DNA from: Psammoneis japonica
Taxonomy: Eukaryota
Direction of reading: 5' to 3'
Length of the DNA: 64,000 nt
Assembly: GCA_008632985.1 (NCBI GenBank)
Contig: QPGO01000102.1
Location: 62,001-126,000 of the forward strand
The position numbers and the translations under genes are program-made. The notes beneath the pieces are model-generated. The model saw nothing but the letters and a program-made list of their open reading frames with translations. It did not search any database and had not been told where the DNA came from. Below, piece after piece: positions 40,156 to 52,740 of this stretch; positions within the stretch are counted from its first letter, which is position 1; each line of letters starts with the position of its first letter.

Positions 40156-40609
40156 GCTTCTCGGCCAATGCCATCAAACAAATACGCAATAAACTGGCGG
40201 CGGTAATTCAATACTGCATACGGCAGCAACAGCAGACGGGTTGGTGGCAGTCTAGTCGCTCTTGATCGCATCGTTGACACAGCGAAGTGCGAAAGGAGCC
40301 GCCGCCGCAGTGCCGGCAGCACACTCAAACTTCAAGTTGGATCGAGAAATTTAGCCTTCTGTAACTTACAGTGACGTACTACAGTATGTATTCTTATATT
40401 CCGTTTGCTCGCTCTGACATCCCCATTACCGGGTACGCGCCGGTGGCATTGCCGTACATCCTGAATCGCGCAACTCCTCGTCATCCTCTAAAGACTGGAG
40501 GAACTAACGCACAGCAGCCTTTTTGCTCCACTGATGGCTCTAGAGAGAGGCTAAAGTGGCAGCTAGCTGGCAGAAGCAGTTACAGTTATCAACCATGTCA
40601 GCTAACGTG

Positions 40610-43380
40610 ACAGGCCACAGAGAGAAAAAAACCGCACGCCATGACTTTCGACAGGCCGCTGTCAAAGACGAGAGAAAGCAAAGTGAGCCCAATGATGAGA
40701 ATGCTGAGAAACTCAAGATTGTGGATGGCTTTTTTCAAGAGGAGCAGCAGAAGCCAAAGCATGTTGATCCACTCCATTCAAACTGATGCAGCAATGGAAA
40801 AGCCCTGCATGCCAACTTTTTTCGCGCTTTTCTCATTTCGATTTCTTGCCCACACGTTCAATCCATTCGACAATGCCAAAGCACACAGATCCTGTCTCCT
40901 GCAGAAGCATGACCTCCAGAATGAGCAGCTGGCCAGCTCCACCATTGGCTGACAATCTGGGATGTTGTGAACAATGGAACGGAGTCACAAGTTCTTGCCT
41001 TTTGCAGCCCTTGACCGTGGCATGAAACCTGCGAGCGACGCTTGAGAACAATGCAGACACCATGGTCAGCATTCACCTTGAGAAGCCAGCAATCCTTGGA
41101 CAGCTCTAACAGAACAGAAATCAATTCACTGTCCATGTGCCAGAGAGTCACATTTTTGCAGTGCACAAAACAAAGAGCACTGTGGTGGCCAATGTCTCGT
41201 TGAATTGCCACCTCCACAACACGCCAGTCCAAACAGCCTGCACACTGCAAAAAACAAAAATCATTTAAAGCAACTGTGAAGTTGTGGTCATGAGCATCCC
41301 AAGTGAGGTGCTTTGTTGGACACTCACCAAACTTTTTTTGTGTGACCCCATCCCATGTGATTGGCAAAGTCAAACCACAGCATCAAGGCCGGGCAGCAAA
41401 CAAGCACAGCCAGTCCACAATGCAGTTGAATTGTCCCAAAGGGTGCCATCAAGCATCATTGGCAAATGGCACTTGTCCTTGCCAAAACTTTGTGTCTGCA
41501 GCACTCCCAACACTTTACAAAATGATTCGCTGCGAGCTGTTGATGACGAAGCTCGTGGTTGGAGGAAGCTTTGATTCATTGGCCGAGACAAGGCAAAGCA
41601 ATGACATGCCACACACCATGACACTCTCACCTGGGGACTGCAGTTGGCAAAACTGAGGAACTTTTCCAATCTGGAATTGCTGACATCTTCACTGCAACAT
41701 TTTGATTGAACATCTGCTGGCGCACGTTTCTCATCTTGAGGAACCGAGTCAATTGCGCACCGCATCAAATTCAAAGCATTGGGCAGGTCATCTGCAGCCA
41801 GTCAAACATGCTTGGCTTTGTGAGAATCAATGGTGCAGCAGTTTCCAAACATGTCTGTCAGAACTTTGGCTTTCTTGCATTCTGTCAGCATCACCCGTTC
41901 TGCTTGTTCTTCAATGAAAGAAATGAGTGGATGGCTGGGGGGGGGGTCAGAGAAAAAATCCAACACTTCTTGCTGCTCTCTGGTGAGCTGTTCTCTGGCG
42001 ACATTTTCTGTTTGTGGCTTTTCAGGCAACATTGCATTTTCAGTTTCGGATCCATCACTGGACATTTGATCTCTCTTCAAGGATGATGCTGACATTCTCT
42101 TCTCTTCTTCCATTGGCGAAACTGGTTGAACTTGCATGTGGAAGTTGTGACAGGGGTGCCATCTGCAGATCATGAGCAGTGGATGTGTTGATGACTCCAG
42201 GAGGCAGCCAAAAGGCTGTTTTTCTCTGAAAGAGCACGGAGACACTTTTTGACAGCTTTGTTTTTGCTGACCTCTTCAAAGCAAGCTGTGCCTGCTGCTC
42301 CTTCAGAACTCATCTGGCAAAATCATCCACAACATTCCATGACTTGTTGCAATGAATGTCATCTTGGGGACACTGATGTGATCGCTGATCACTGTGATGT
42401 CATTGACGTCCAATGACGCACCCGCGTTGGTCTTTCCATCCAGTGCATCCAACCTCCCACCATCCCAAGCTGTGCATTTTTCTTCAATTGTTTTGGCGCC
42501 AAAGCACTCATCCTTGCTCTTTTCCACAATCCAGCAAAAACATTGATTTTCCCTGCAATCGTTCGCCCCCGACCCTCGACCCAAAAGAATGTCATTTGGG
42601 TTCAATGCACTCCTGTCTCCCCATGTGGCACTGTTTGGAGCAATGATCTCTGCTGGGCTTGCAGTGGCCAGCAGCAGCCAATTCAGAGAGAGCGTCATCA
42701 CCTGAGACTGAAAAACAGCCAAAAGGAGTTTTTCAGGTTCAGATGCAATGAAAGAGAGCACAATGCTGAAGGATTCAAGCGTCCCACTCAAGCCATCAGG
42801 GGAAAGGCCGCAACTCTTTTTTTCTCTCGCAGAGCACGACGACAGTTCTCAAAGGCTTTGGCAATGTCCAATTTCTTGCAAGCACCAACAGCCACACTCA
42901 CTCTCAGAAAACCCCCATTTCCCAAACCTGATTGAGACTTGTCTCGCGATCTCTGCTTCTCTTCATTTGCTTGGGTGCCACAACTCTCTTCCTTTCTCTG
43001 TCACAATCCAACAAAAGCAAAGATTTCCTTGATCCTCGGCCCCCAGGAGAACATCATTTGGGTTCAACTCAGTTGCCAGCCTCAAATTGTCTGGTGGGCT
43101 CTCGGGAGATAAAGGCAGTGCCATGCAGTTGGCTCAATTGTTGGAAATGTTTGCTTCATCTTTCGTTTTCTTGTCAAAACAGCACTGTTGAAAAGCGTTC
43201 TTTTCAGTTTGGGTGTTGAGCTCGCACAGTGCGGTTTTTCATGTGACAGTGTGCCACACAGTGAACGCGGTGTCAGTCGTCAGTCGCAAGCTGGTCTGTT
43301 GCCGAACACCATCGCCCATCGTCCATCGCCTTCTCGCTTCTTTTCTCCGATCATGACCACGGCGCCGTCTCCGCGCAATT
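40610..43380 (-). pseudogene. TpA/CpG-hypermutated tandem paralog of the DUF6824/CRAL-TRIO gene (island 3)
   Basis: Colinear homology to 38000-40130 (LNPNDILLGRGSGANDC, VLTDMFGNCCTIDSH, FGKDKCHLPMMLDG, SKDCWLLKVNADHG) with stops and frameshifts. About four residual TA in 2.8 kb. Confidence 0.9.
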
Positions 43381-43457
43381 GCCCTCATAGAAAATCCTTA
43401 CTGTAGATTTTTGATGGGTCGGACACTTCTTGACAGGACTACTACAGTACAGTAATA

Positions 43458-44412
43458 AATTGGTCGGTCATTTCTAGAGTCATGGTCATTGGTCGTCAAA
43501 ATTGAAAATGTCAAAAGATCCGCGGATCTGGCAGATCTCGGATAAGCTCGTCCGGTTTCTTGCCGCATGCCGATGCAAAACAAACTGAAAGACACGGAAA
43601 GATTCACAATGGTGATGTGTCCGNCCAAGAGAAGAGGATCTTCTCCTCCAAAGAGTGCCTCTTGCAATGAGCACATTTTCCGCCTGAGCAGCGCCGAGGT
43701 GTCGATGATGCTGAGACATTTGCAATGTGATGCTGAAGATCAAAAAAGCAAAGCTCGATGAGTGAGATTGTTGGAGGGAGGGGCGGCTCATGCACCGCCG
43801 AGCCACCGGCAGCTGAGGCAGCTGAAGGAAGAGCCCCAGGATCGGGTCGAGCGAATGGTGGGTCAACCAGAGGGATCCGATGCAACGCCACACGACCCTT
43901 CCTCAAATGTTCTAGGAAAGGCAGAGGGGGTGGAACGTCACATGATAAGATCCAATGTCGCTGTTCAGCACGATCGATTGAGGTACGACGAGATGGCGTT
44001 TTGTTGACTTTGTGCCGAAAAAAAGCCGACGATTGTACTAACCCTCATGTCTGGTTTTGTTGAATCCAATTTTTGAATGTTTCCGTTGGGGTGTCTTTTG
44101 GTCATTTACGTTAAATTTACTTATGAATATTATAACGGCCCGTAGATACACGAATGACCAAAGTGTAGATACACATGGCGAGCCACCCACAAAGAAAGCA
44201 AGTGGTCAATGCTCCCCGCAGGCCTGGTTTTATCTTGTTTTTTGGTTGGACACTTGCGTTAATTGGTCGGTCATTTCTAGAGTCATGGTCATTGATCGTC
44301 AGAATTGAAAATGTCAAAAGATCCGCGATCCAGATCTCAGATGCTCTCGTGCACCATGCCGATGCAAAACAAACTGAAAGACACGGAAAGATTCACAATG
44401 GTGATGTGTCCG
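43458..44412 (+). repeat. Diverged ~155-165 bp direct repeat (43458-43623 and 44261-44412) with an N at 43624; probable haplotype or scaffold join
   Basis: Both copies read AATTGGTCGGTCATTTCTAGAGTCATGG...GATTCACAATGGTGATGTGTCCG. The first stops exactly at the N; the second continues into the downstream gene. Confidence 0.85.
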
Positions 44413-45952
44413 TTACTACCAGCCCTTGCACTGAAAGCCTCCTTGTGAAGGTATTCCTTATCATGCATATGATTCTCCCTTCAATGGGAGCAGGCGACAC
44501 CATAATGTTCAACATACCTGGGTCTCAAGCAGGGGCATTCTCGAAGGAATTTACTCTTGCCCAGTGGATTCGTGCGAGAATCCCGTTGTCATCGTTGATG
44601 ACCAAGTCTATGCTGATATCCAATGGAATGCATTGGCGGATGAGGCGCCTCCAGTGTCCTCATTTTTGTTTGGTTCCCAAACCGGATCGGGCGACATGTT
44701 GGACACTTTGCTCTTGGATATCATCAATTACACGGACCGGTCAACGCAAGAGTATTTTCACGTCAAGTATGTGTTTGATCCAGACAACCCGTCCTCGAAC
44801 GAGAATGCCACGTACAATGAACTCTACACGTTTCCCTTTTCGGTTCTTCCTACATCAAACGCGTCGTTGCCTCCCACAATTTCAATGTTGTGGGCGGCTT
44901 TTGTAGCTCCAACAATTGGCGGAAACGCAGACAATTCCATTTGGACTCTGGGAATTAACTTAATTGACACGTCCAATACCAGTTGTGTTCGTCCCATGAG
45001 CAATTCCGAATATGTGAACTTTCCCAATTGCACGACGAATGTCGCGACACTGTACAACAATTGCTCTCTGTCCGACGGTGCCGAGAGCGGCTTTCCAGCT
45101 GGGTGCAGAGACCCCTCAACCAATACAAGCGTCTATCCCGCCCCCACTGGACTCGTCAATGTCGCTATTTCCGATGATCTTGACCTTTACTTTGCCACCG
45201 TCTTTAGTAGTCTCTACAGGGGTCCTTTAGACACGGTCATGTCGGCTGAGCTGTGGGTGGCCAAGACGGGTGACATGCCGGACGAAGTTCAACGCTTCTC
45301 GGCTGATGAGTGGATCATGGACGAACCCTTTTGCGCTAACAGTAATGCTGGAGGAATCGAGTTCCGCTATGATGAAGATGGTATTCCCATTCACATGTGT
45401 CGATCTGTGTCAAGTGCAGGCATTACTTGTCAAGAGATTTCTGTCCAAGTTGACGGCACGGTCGAAATAGTTCAAGCACCCCATGTCGTGTTGAATTCGT
45501 CTCAGGTTCTAGAGTATTGCAATGGAACCTTTGCGTGTGAAAAGGTTGTTTCGGGTATTCGACCAGTTTGGAAAGAAGATGATCCTAGTGGCAGTTCTCT
45601 CCCAGAAACTGTGTATTTCGGATGCAATCCTGACGATCAGTTTTCTGGAGGGTTTTTCAAGGTGTCTGTTGCAACGGGTCAAGTCTCAACTGTGGTGGAC
45701 TTTTACAATCCAGGCTCCATTATATTTGGCCTTTCTATGCCTTCCACAGTCCAGCCCACCACGACTCTGCCGCCTAGTACCTTGGCTCCGAATACGGGTT
45801 CTCCGACCGGAACACCAACACCCAATACGGAATCTCCCACAGTACCGCAAATGACATCAGAACCCACGCCATCGGGATCAGACAGAGATTTGCTACGTAA
45901 TGTGTGGGCGCTACTTGGATGTGCTTTGGTCATGGCATGCTCATTGTGCTAA
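44398..45952 (+). CDS. Secreted or cell-surface protein with Pro/Thr stalk and hydrophobic C-terminus (possible GPI anchor); two frameshifts near the 5' end
   Basis: Hydrophobic N-terminus from ATG 44398, 462-aa ORF 44564-45952 rich in N-x-S/T sequons and Cys, TLAPNTGSPTGTPTPNTESPT stalk, VWALLGCALVMACSLC tail. Confidence 0.7.
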
Positions 45953-46459
45953 GGCTCCTACACTGTGGACAGTTCTTTGACACCCTTTTTGATCCCCTCC
46001 TTTCCTCCTATATATACCTTCCTCTATAATCTTTTCTGTAGTTTTAGTTCTGCATTGGTTGGGTACGGCCGGTAGTCTTACTCGAGCTGCTAAATCTTGG
46101 TCCTATTTGTTCTTTGTACGGTAGGCGAGAAATGAGAAGCAGCGAGGAATACGGTGCAGAATGCCAACACAGCTAGTTCTACTGGGTGTGCTCGGTCCAT
46201 AAACACAGAACTTATCAATCGACAATGTGCGAGGTTTTGTTTGCCCATTAATTTTAAAGTTGGGTGGTCCGTTGGTTCTGTGAGTCGGAACGAATTGAAA
46301 CTGGATGTGTGACGCGATTCAAGTTTCCCGCTCTGTGCGGAGCCAACTGCTGTCATTTTCTCGACAACAATTGCCTCGTTGATGCTGTTGACAGTCCTTT
46401 CTTTGCAACCATGTCTCTGTGGACATGTGTCTACAGGCAAGTGATGCAGCTGGAGTCTA

Positions 46460-49400
46460 CATCACTCTCACTGCAGGCTGAGACTTTGCTGTGCTTGATC
46501 TTTGCAGTGGTTTGTTTGGGAGACGTGTTGACATCGTTGAACTTGTGGGAATGACAAGCTGCCGTTTGTGACATTGCCTGTTCTCATGACAACATTTGTG
46601 TGCTGGGCATGTGAAGGTGAGACAAGGGAGAGGGAGAATTTGACATTTGTGCTGATTTGTTTGAGATTTCTTGTTGCTTTTTCATGCAAGATGCAAGTGC
46701 TTCAGCAAGGTCGGATTCCAGCCATTGTTTTGGTTTTTTGGACACATGCATGTTGAAATGACAGGTGTGATGGATCCAAAGGTCAAATTCCCTGAGAATG
46801 ATGATGTTGTTTTAATCATCAATGTTCTCAGGGAGCAGTGGAAAGACCAAAATGTAATCAGATGGGAAAGGCTGGGCCCAAAGTGCTTTGAATTAAAAAG
46901 CAGTGGCACTTTTCTGTGCAGAATGCTTCAAGGAGTTGCAGGCATGCTTGGACCATTGGCAAGTTTGCTTGAACATTTGCAAAGCAAGCCAAGAGAGCAA
47001 TGCATTTGTTGGAATTGTCAGGTGGGACTTGGATGTCATGCTTCACAGCAAGCTTGGCCAAGCTGTGTTCTTTCTTTGTTTTGAGTTGTTGAAAAAACCA
47101 CCACCTCCTGCTGCATCAACAATGTTGGAAATTTTGCCAGGGTCAGAGGAGCAGATGCAAGATTTGACATGGCTGCACCAACAACCCAGCTTGCCTTTTT
47201 TGTGAGATGCAGAGCTTGTTGGCCAAGTGGTTGGGTCCAGTGGCTCCAGCCAAGCTGAGCTTGATGTCAGCAGAAAGGAGGCTGCAGCAAAATGCCTTCT
47301 GTGTTCAGCCACTCCTGAGCTGCTGTGACACAGGAGTGCACCAAGGGATGCACCATGAGCTCATGGATGTGCAGACCTGTTTCTTGTTTTTGGGGAATGT
47401 TTGGGAGCTGTGTCACAGTTCGCGCTGCTTTCGAGCTGGCTCAGCAGCAGAAAAAATTGGGTCAACTGGCTGCAGACATGCAAATTTGTGGTGCTGTTTT
47501 GGGAGAGAAGCCAGTGGAGACAAAACAAAGCAGATGAAGGGTGAGGGATTGGCTGCTCTTGAGAGGAGATTTCATGCACTGCCAGGACTCTGTGACAGTG
47601 CTCTTGCCAACAGGGAGCTGCAGGACACCTTTTTTGTCAACACAACAGTGTCTCCTGTCAATGCTGCAATGACAACAACAGCAGCAGAGCTGCAAGAGTT
47701 TGCTGCAAAAGCAAGTGCACCATCACATGCAATCAACTGCTTTTTGTTTGTTGTCAAACAAATGTCCCAAGATGTGAGATCACTTGTGAGCACAAAAATC
47801 ACCACAAAACAACAGAGTGCCGTCACGGTGCTGTGCTCACAATGGAGAATGCCTCAATTCTGCAGGCAAGCAGCTGAGGTGAGCCAATGCCAAATCAGCC
47901 ACAACTGACATCTTGGGGAGACAACCAGAGATCAGAAGATGAAAGGATGGCAGGCACAAAAAAACACATTGAGAGCTGCAAAGTCACCAGGCACATTGTT
48001 GACAAGTCATCTCCAAGGTTGACAAAAGAGCAACAACAAGGGTCTCATTTCAAAAGCAGGTTGTGGCAACCTTTCACAAGAGTGAAAACCCAAAACAAGT
48101 GGTTTGTCTGACTTCCCAAAACCATGGTCAGTTTGGTCATGTGTGTGTGCCCTGCAAGCTGCTGCTCCACAATGGAAGTGGCAAGCACTCAAGCAAAAGA
48201 AACGGCATTCTGTCTCATGTCTCAGAAGGAGCACAAGGAGAGTTTGTGTTTCAATTTTTTTAAGTTCTCCAAGCCTGTGTCATTCACAAACTGCAGCACC
48301 ACCTGGGTTGCTGGCTGGGGAGTGCCCATGTTTGGGAGGAAAAATTTCCCCACTCCAGCTGCTCGGCCACTTTCACATCACAACATTTCCACTCAGGACA
48401 AAGGGCTGGGTTCCAAGGCAATTGTCCAGCTCCATGAGTGTGCAGCAGGGCATGTGGCACGCGCAGCAACAAACAGAAACAAACAGTCAAACCTGGCTCA
48501 CATTGCACAGCAACAACAACATGAAGAACGAAGAGGGAGCCCTCTCTCAGTTTTTTCATTCAACAAGCCAGTGAGGGGGAAAACAGCACCTGGCACTGAC
48601 TTTTGTCAATGGTCGCATTGGAAGAAGCAGCCAATCCTTCTGAGTCACAGCCTCCAATGCCACAGCAAAAAGAGACAGACCAAAGCAGTCAGCTTCATGT
48701 CTTTTGTGGGGAGCTGGAAATGTTCATGATCTGTCCTTTTTTCCAGCAATGCCTGGACACAGCCACACGGAGAAAATGATGTTCCCTGCACTCACAATGT
48801 GAGAAGAGCTGCAGTGCATTGTGTTGTGGAGGAGGCAATGACAACAAGGGCTGGGGCTGGTTTGCACAAAAGGGACTTAAAGGAAGAGCAAGCATGTCAT
48901 CTAAAAAGAAAGAGAGCTCTTGATTTTGAAACTTTGCCTTTGAAGCCATCCTCAAAGATGCTTGTTCAAATGAAGTCAACGCTCAATGATGTTGCAAAAA
49001 AAGAGACCAGTTGGAAAACTGAGGAAGAAGTGCTGCTGGGTGGGTCAGCATGCCCCCCTCTTGGGAGGTTGCACTGCCACTGGGTGGCGGCATGCCAACA
49101 GGTTCAATCATGCCAGGTGGAAGCATGAGGGTGGGATTTGGCCCGCTGTGGGAGCAGCCATGGTGTGTTGGCATGCCAGAGCCATTTGAGGCACTCTCTC
49201 TGTGCAAACTGGTGCATGGCTTGATGCTGCAATGTCCAACAGAAACAATGGGGCACTTGTTTTGTTTTCTCAATCAGAGCACTGCTGCTTTTTGTGGCCT
49301 TGCAACCACATTGGTGGCAAGGTGGGGCAATGGCAATCTTTCGCACTGTAGAGTCATTTGTGCAGAAATGTGTGGAACAGCACCATCCAAGACAATTGTT

Positions 49401-50380
49401 GAAAAGTCTGTCTGTCTGTTCTTAGCGAATTTCAACTTTGCGAAAAATGGACTTGACTGTTTTCTGATCAGGCGCATTTTTCTTCAACACATTTGCAACA
49501 AAAACGCACCTGACCCAATGACAGTCAAGTCTGTTCTTTTTGCACAAATTGTGTGAACACAACAGTTTCAGCACAAAAACATGTAGATTCCACAGGCATC
49601 CACAATTGTTTTGTGCTTTTTACATCACGGGTCATTTTCGAAAGATTCCTGTTGGGTGTGCAGAGCAATCTCTCTGTGACAGCATTGCCAGAGATTGTGA
49701 CATCCAAAAACAGAGTGGCGTGCTTCTTGGCTTCTTGTTTTCTCTCACAGTCAGAGCACAGCTGCTTTTTAAAAGCCCTCAAGGCTCAGTTCCTTCTGCT
49801 GAGGAGATGGCAGTCATGGTGACTGAGAACGTGCAACACGGCCCTGAACATGGAGAGCACCACCCAAAGAAAGAGAGTGTGAGAGTGCGAGAGTGATGTG
49901 CAAAATGACTGTGCCCACAAGCAGTGCAGTGCAACATCTCCATGACACACCAGCTGGAGAATGTGATCCCCGCTGGGAATGATGAGATCACCATGAGAAA
50001 TCCCAACATGATCTCAAAGCAGTTGAGTCGAACACACACCATTGAGCAAGAAAATGTGGAGAAGAGGAGGGGGGATGACTCGATTGGATGCCGACACAAA
50101 ACATTGGCATCAAACCAAAGTTTCGAACTTTTGTGAATGAGGGCCTCAAACCTGGCAACGACTGACATGTGAGCTTCTTCCTTTTTCTCTCCCTTTTTCC
50201 TCCTCCTTTTTTCATGCATTCGGAGCCACCCGCACCACAGGCTCTGCCCGCACCGCTGTGGATCATCGAATCTTGGGGAATCTGGAATCCGTCGCCCTTT
50301 CTTTTACTGCAAAACATTGCTGAACATGATTTTTGAAGAAGCAACCGCAATTGTCGCAATGATGCGTTGAAGTTGCCGTC
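46460..50380. other. TpA-depleted hypermutated island 4 (degenerate element, origin unidentified)
   Basis: About a dozen TA in ~3.9 kb by manual read, mostly in TTA/TAA; CpG very scarce in the core. Confidence 0.85.
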
Positions 50381-50409
50381 GCTACATTCTTTGGCTTGGT
50401 TTTGGACGC

Positions 50410-52104
50410 ATGAGAGTGAGCTTTGTGTGGTTCAGCTTGTCTTTGTTGTGGCTTCGAATTGGATCCGGAAAATCGTTCAGCCCCTTTACCAACAGGATGC
50501 GTGCAACAAGAGCGGCGGCAATTGCTTCCTCTTGTCGCCTTACTCGTAGTAGCAGCAAACGAGCGAAGTCTACGCTCGCTGCGATAGATTTTCGTGACGA
50601 GGACGAGTCATTTACCTTGCGAGGAGATGGCGTGGAGGATGAAACTATCTCATCTTTCTCAGGGTCAGTCGGCCAAAAAAGAAGAAAACGAAACCCAAAA
50701 CCTGCTGTTGTGACGCCTCCTCCACAACCAAGAGCAAAGAGTAGGCAAGCTGTGTCGACAAGAGGGGGCCAGTGACACGACGTTTGAAAACAATTATCTC
50801 CACTGAATCTTCTATTAAACCTTCACCTGACGAACCTCTCGATTCTGAGGACCAAGTTGTCGAAATGCCTCGTGACGAAGAGTTTCTGGACTTGAACGTG
50901 TCTCCGGCGGAGCTCCGTCCTTCCACTACTCTAACAACTGGTCAGTGTTTTCACTGGAGAGCAACGGTGGATCAATCCGCCGATCAAAATTCAGCTTCTG
51001 CATGGGGCTCCTGTAACGCAACAGAATGGGTCGGTGTGCTACCAATACCTGCAGCGGATAATTCCAATACCTTACACTCCGTGGTGGCGATTCGCGAGAC
51101 TCCAACCACCACTCTGTATCGTGCCTTGTCCTTGCCAGCAATGTAACACAGGAGCGTGTCGGCTGTGTCTTGAAGATTACTTTCAGGTGGATTCAAGTCC
51201 TTCTTGAAACAGCTTTATGAGGATTGGAGTGCGGCATGTCCAAGGTTGGCACGAATAGCGCATTGCATTCCAGGGGTTCGTGTGGTACAACAAGATCCAT
51301 GGGAATGCTTGGTGAGCTTTCTCTGTTCCAGTAACAACAACATTCCAAGAATCACCAAGATGCTAAATTCTATTCGACAAACATACGGGGCACCCTTGGC
51401 AACCGTGTCACTGCCCGCTCGCAACGAAGAAGACCGTGGTGAACTTGTCACCTTTTTCTCGTTTCCCACCTTGCAGATTCTGAGAATGCGCGCAACAGAC
51501 GATGACTTGAGAACCAAGTGTGGAATGGGATATCGTGCAAAGTATCTCATAAAGACAATCAGTATTCTGCAGGAACTTGGAGGAGAGGAATTTCTAAAGA
51601 AGCTGCGTTCCAACAGTGATCCATGTGCAGTGCAACAAGAGCTCTGCCAGTTTCACGGCGTTGGTCCAAAGGTGGCAGACTGTGTGGCTCTTTTTTCGCT
51701 CAACCAAGTAGACGCGATTCCGGTCGACGTTCATGTATGGAACGTGGCACGGAGAGATTATGACAAGGACGATAGTTTGAAAATGGCCAAGAGTCTTACG
51801 CCCACGATTTACAACCAAGTCGGGGGATTGTTCCGAGCAAAATTCCCAGAGAAGGCAGGATGGGCGCACTCTCTGTTGTTTGTAGCTGAGTTGCCTAGTT
51901 TTAGGCCGCTGCTACCTGATGATTTGGTCGCGGAAATGGATCAAGTAAGTTCTCGATCCCCCTTTCTTCATTTGTCAATCTTTCTGCTGCAAATTCTCAT
52001 GCAGCCATTCTACTATTACACTCCCAAAGTTTCGGGAATCCGAAAAGGAAAAGAAGAAGAAAAAGGATGCTGACAAGAAAGGGAAAGGGAAGAAGAAGGC
52101 ATGA
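50410..52104 (+). CDS. OGG1: 8-oxoguanine DNA glycosylase/AP lyase; frameshifts near 50770 and 51135-51200
   Basis: LRPSTTLTTGQCFHW, GVRVVQQDPWECLVSFLCSSNNNIPRI, GMGYRAKY, HhH-GPD motif GVGPKVADCVALFSL..AIPVDVHVW, AGWAHSLLF. Intron 51945-52029 gives a Lys-rich tail ending at TGA 52104. Confidence 0.92.
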
Positions 52105-52740
52105 TGAGCAGTGGTGTCGCGCACTTATTGGTAGGGAACTGACTCTACAGAAAGGGTTGAGATTCGACCACGGGGCATTGCAGCGATAGCTCTCAAGGTG
52201 GGAATACCGGAATACTGCCAACGGCTAGTTTCAACAGCTACTTGTAGTGGCATTGAGTAATCAGGAGAACAATCAAAAAATAGAAAACGGATGCAGTCGC
52301 TCTCCCTGGCGCGCCATTATACCAGATATGTGGAAAAAGTAGCCCATCCAAGGTGAAGTTGCAAATAGAATAGCCTGTACAGTACAGACTGTACAGTACG
52401 GTACTGTAGGTCGCGGCGGTGGCAATAACGCGTCACTATCGAAAATACTGAAGTTTTCATGATTTATATTTATTCTATGAATGAAGAAATAATTGACGGT
52501 ACGACAAAAAGACTGGCGAGCGCGCACAAAAGTGACGCATGACGACCTACCGGGAGAGCGAGCGAGCTCACACCCGACAACCGACAACCGCACGTTGAAC
52601 ATCAGCACTGGCGAACGCAAAGAACAAAAAACACAAGGACGTGCGTCTGTTGCTGTCAAAATCAATCATCTTCTATCGCTACTACCCTTGCAAGTTGCAA
52701 TGCTGATTTGCAGTTGATGCCATAGAACAATTAAAATAAA

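Noticed and set aside
40380..43405. Tc1/mariner-type terminal inverted repeats around the pseudogene (TACAGTATGTATTCT vs reverse-complement TACAGTAAGGATTTT)
   Set aside because: Only 12 of 15 bases match, driven by a heptamer common in this window, and a tandem paralog needs no transposon to explain it.
43458..44412. LTR/TRIM element bounded by direct repeats
   Set aside because: No TG...CA ends, primer-binding site or target-site duplication. The repeat contains a host gene start and ends at an assembly N.
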